NCBI GenBank assembly: GCA_964458575.1
Contig: CAYWMD010000009.1
Location: 54,647 to 118,646, forward strand
Source: an uncultured Bifidobacteriaceae bacterium
Lineage (GTDB): Bacteria; Verrucomicrobiota; Verrucomicrobiia; Limisphaerales; JADLHS01
DNA length: 64,000 nt
Direction of reading: 5' to 3'
This document shows, piece after piece, positions 62,131 to 64,000 of the stretch. Every line of letters begins with the position of its first letter. The stretch's first letter is position 1. Below the pieces are notes generated by a model that was not told the origin of the DNA, ran no database searches, and saw only the letters and a list, made by a program, of their open reading frames with translations. The position numbers were made by a program, and so were the translations under genes.

Positions 62131-63936
62131 TTAGACCTGCCTTATCGAAATTGGAGGTTTGCTGCTCACGATTCTGGCAATGTCAGCCTGCATCATTATC
62201 TCTGAATCCGTCTCATCAACCACTTCAAACAATAGTTCGTTGAACACTTGCCGAAGAGGTTGATTTCTCCCTGTCACCTTCATACGGGCATATGCCTTTT
62301 TACCACCACACTCTGTGCGATTCAGATACCAATAGAAGAAAGCGTTTTCAATCTTCTTCCTCGCCACTCGGCAAGACATTACAAAATCGGTCACAATAAC
62401 CGCATCGCTCGTTTTTTGAACAGACACAAAGCCCACAATCCCGTAGTCGCCGAAACGATCATGAACAGCCAAGGCGTAGTTATCATATTCACTGGCTCTC
62501 AAGAGGGACCTGAACTCATCAGGAGTATAACGCTTTCCGGAGAGGTTGAATTGATTGCTTCGATGCAGCAATTCAAGACAGCGGTCTATTTGATCCTGAT
62601 GCTGGATGGTTGTGATGTTCAATTCGATGGAACAATCCTTCAAAAAACCATCCAAATCCCCAATCCAGGTTCGGCGGGCAGATTTTCGGTTGATATCTTC
62701 CAAGTATTTTAGCCGCCGTTTTCCGGTGTCGTTTGTAACCGGAACGTCAAACTCCCCGTAATCGAGGAGAACCGGAATATTTTTTGAATCATAAACCCGC
62801 ACTTGAGGACAGGCGGCAGAAACTTCTGCGCGCTCGAATTCAGAATCATCAATCAAAGCAAATGAGTTGACGTTTATGTTCAACTCTTTTGCAATCTGTA
62901 GAAGATTGGCGCTTTTCGGAGCCCAGTTGATGGCTGGATAGAGGAAAAACTCATCCAGCCCCAACTCAACAATTTTCTCCCACGCGGTATCGTGTTCGTT
63001 TTTGCTTGCGATGGTTTGAAGAATTCCGCGTTGATCCAGCAGCCGGATCAGGTTCAGCGCCTCGGGAACCACTTCAACGCCCTCTTTCCCATCATCACCG
63101 ATAACGCCCTTCCAGAGGGTATTATCCAAATCCCAAGCGACACACTTGATTTTATCAGCCGGCCGGTCCTGGGTCGCAGGTGCTTTCGACTTAAACTTAA
63201 CAAAATCCAGCCAAGTAAAAATCAAGCGAACTTCCTGGTCCCTATCGATCCAGAAACGAATACGACGATTCTCGCCGGACTTAAAATTGAATTGATCAAA
63301 GGGGATGTGGTATTCATTCCATCCTGGAACCACCTTCAGATTGCTTCGATAGATGGTCACATCCTCAATAAGTTCAAATTGAAGATTGCATGGCGTCAAT
63401 TCCGTCGAAAACAGCTTGATGTAAAGGGCATCGGGATTCGCTACACCACTGGCCAAACGAGCTAACAACTTCAGCGCAACCATCTTTCCTGTAATCAGGA
63501 CACTCCGATTCCATTGAAACAATTTGGTGCCCGCCGACAAACAGTTCAGCAGGGTGCAAAATATAGAATCATAAACCTTTATTGCCGCAGCCAAACACCG
63601 GACCTTTCCAACCGAAAACATTACTAACTTTTCCGGCCATTTAGCCTCCAGCTTCGCCCATCGCTTAAAGTGAATATCCGCGCCGTAATTGAAGAGGCCG
63701 GAGAATCTTCTATTTGGATAAATTCCATACAAAAATCTTCTGCAATAGCCATCGCCTCGATCCGCATAAAGCCCGCAGGATTTGAAGCATGCCGGGGCAG
63801 CGCACTCCACGCAATGCTCCTCCCAAAATAACAAGGAGGACAGACGGACATGTTTATCATCGGGAGAAGCCGTGGCCTGCACTTCCTTGGCTAACCGCCT
63901 CCAAATTTCCTTATCCTTCCACTCAAGCTGAAACAT
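62131..63936 (-). CDS. FkbH-like HAD-superfamily (subfamily IIIC) protein with a Cys-rich N-terminal extension and a GNAT-like C-terminus
   Basis: 601 aa. The HAD motif I context is KCVAWDLDNTLWKGVIGDD, followed by IASKNEH and FALIDDSEFERAEV. The C-terminal part is DRFGDYGIVGFV...MSCRVARKKIE. The N-terminal ~250 aa contain CVECAAPACFKSCGLYADRGDGYC. The gene is visibly more AT-rich than the rest of the window. Confidence 0.78.
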   Translation of the reverse strand: MFQLEWKDKEIWRRLAKEVQATASPDDKHVRLSSLLFWEEHCVECAAPACFKSCGLYADRGDGYCRRFLYGIYPNRRFSGLFNYGADIHFKRWAKLEAKWPEKLVMFSVGKVRCLAAAIKVYDSIFCTLLNCLSAGTKLFQWNRSVLITGKMVALKLLARLASGVANPDALYIKLFSTELTPCNLQFELIEDVTIYRSNLKVVPGWNEYHIPFDQFNFKSGENRRIRFWIDRDQEVRLIFTWLDFVKFKSKAPATQDRPADKIKCVAWDLDNTLWKGVIGDDGKEGVEVVPEALNLIRLLDQRGILQTIASKNEHDTAWEKIVELGLDEFFLYPAINWAPKSANLLQIAKELNINVNSFALIDDSEFERAEVSAACPQVRVYDSKNIPVLLDYGEFDVPVTNDTGKRRLKYLEDINRKSARRTWIGDLDGFLKDCSIELNITTIQHQDQIDRCLELLHRSNQFNLSGKRYTPDEFRSLLRASEYDNYALAVHDRFGDYGIVGFVSVQKTSDAVIVTDFVMSCRVARKKIENAFFYWYLNRTECGGKKAYARMKVTGRNQPLRQVFNELLFEVVDETDSEIMMQADIARIVSSKPPISIRQV

Positions 63937-64000
63937 GATTATGCCTCAATAAAACAGGTCGGGGACGCCCAGTTTAGGAGGCCGTTGGCTGTTCCAACCG

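Noticed and set aside
1-64000. A search for tRNA, rRNA, tmRNA, riboswitch-like or intrinsic-terminator signatures.
   Set aside because: No T-loop/acceptor-stem pattern, no rRNA-like conserved blocks and no stem plus U-run were recognised by eye. Absence cannot be proven without tRNAscan, Infernal or TransTermHP.

Overview
This is a high-GC bacterial chromosomal segment. By inference only, its gene content fits a PVC-type (Verrucomicrobiota-like) genome: PEP-CTERM proteins with an exosortase, a sulfatase, BNR/LamG/Calx-beta giants, and FYRL-type beta-sandwich tails. No rRNA, tRNA, CRISPR array, integrase or transposase was recognised.

Layout:
(1) 1-38.9 kb is a glycan-degradation and sugar-acid catabolism neighbourhood.
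- Catabolic enzymes: a partial SDR, two mandelate-racemase-type enolases, a bicupin, an HpcH-type aldolase, a HIBADH-type dehydrogenase, a VOC protein and a cysteine hydrolase.
- Secreted enzymes: a type I sulfatase, two BNR/sialidase-like paralogues, an FGE-domain/BNR/MORN fusion, a GH28, a beta-helix protein, a 1320-aa CBM9-like protein, and a 1746-aa protein combining Calx-beta, LamG and a hydrolase-like module. The LamG-plus-hydrolase-like module also occurs as two stand-alone tandem genes.
- Three PEP-CTERM cargo proteins.
(2) 39.7-41.4 kb holds an AbiEi/AbiEii type IV toxin-antitoxin pair with a nested palindrome over the abiEi start.
(3) 41.6-48.6 kb holds a GT4 gene, a roughly 3 kb non-coding mosaic of very short repeat words that encloses a vapBC pair, and an exosortase-EpsI fusion gene followed by two orphan EpsI-like tail fragments.
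(4) 48.6-64 kb is a minus-strand exopolysaccharide operon: WcaF-like acetyltransferase, Gfo/Idh/MocA oxidoreductase, several GT4s, a Wzy-like polymerase, a YdjC deacetylase, a methyltransferase, a CgeB-like GT and a lower-GC FkbH-like HAD protein.

Most unusual observations:
- The same short repeat words that fill the intergenic DNA are threaded in frame through the exosortase (two blocks) and the GT4 (one ~130-codon block).
- A 1278-bp-period, almost perfect direct repeat fuses two complete GT units into one 823-aa ORF.
- There are orphan exosortase/EpsI 3-prime cassettes.
- There is an 11-bp-phased GGTAAAG repeat cluster.
- An unassigned ~220-aa domain is shared by the giant protein and a PEP-CTERM protein.

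Start codons were re-picked by hand from the ORF track. Repeat coordinates are approximate to a few nt. All family calls come from motif recognition by eye, with no database search.
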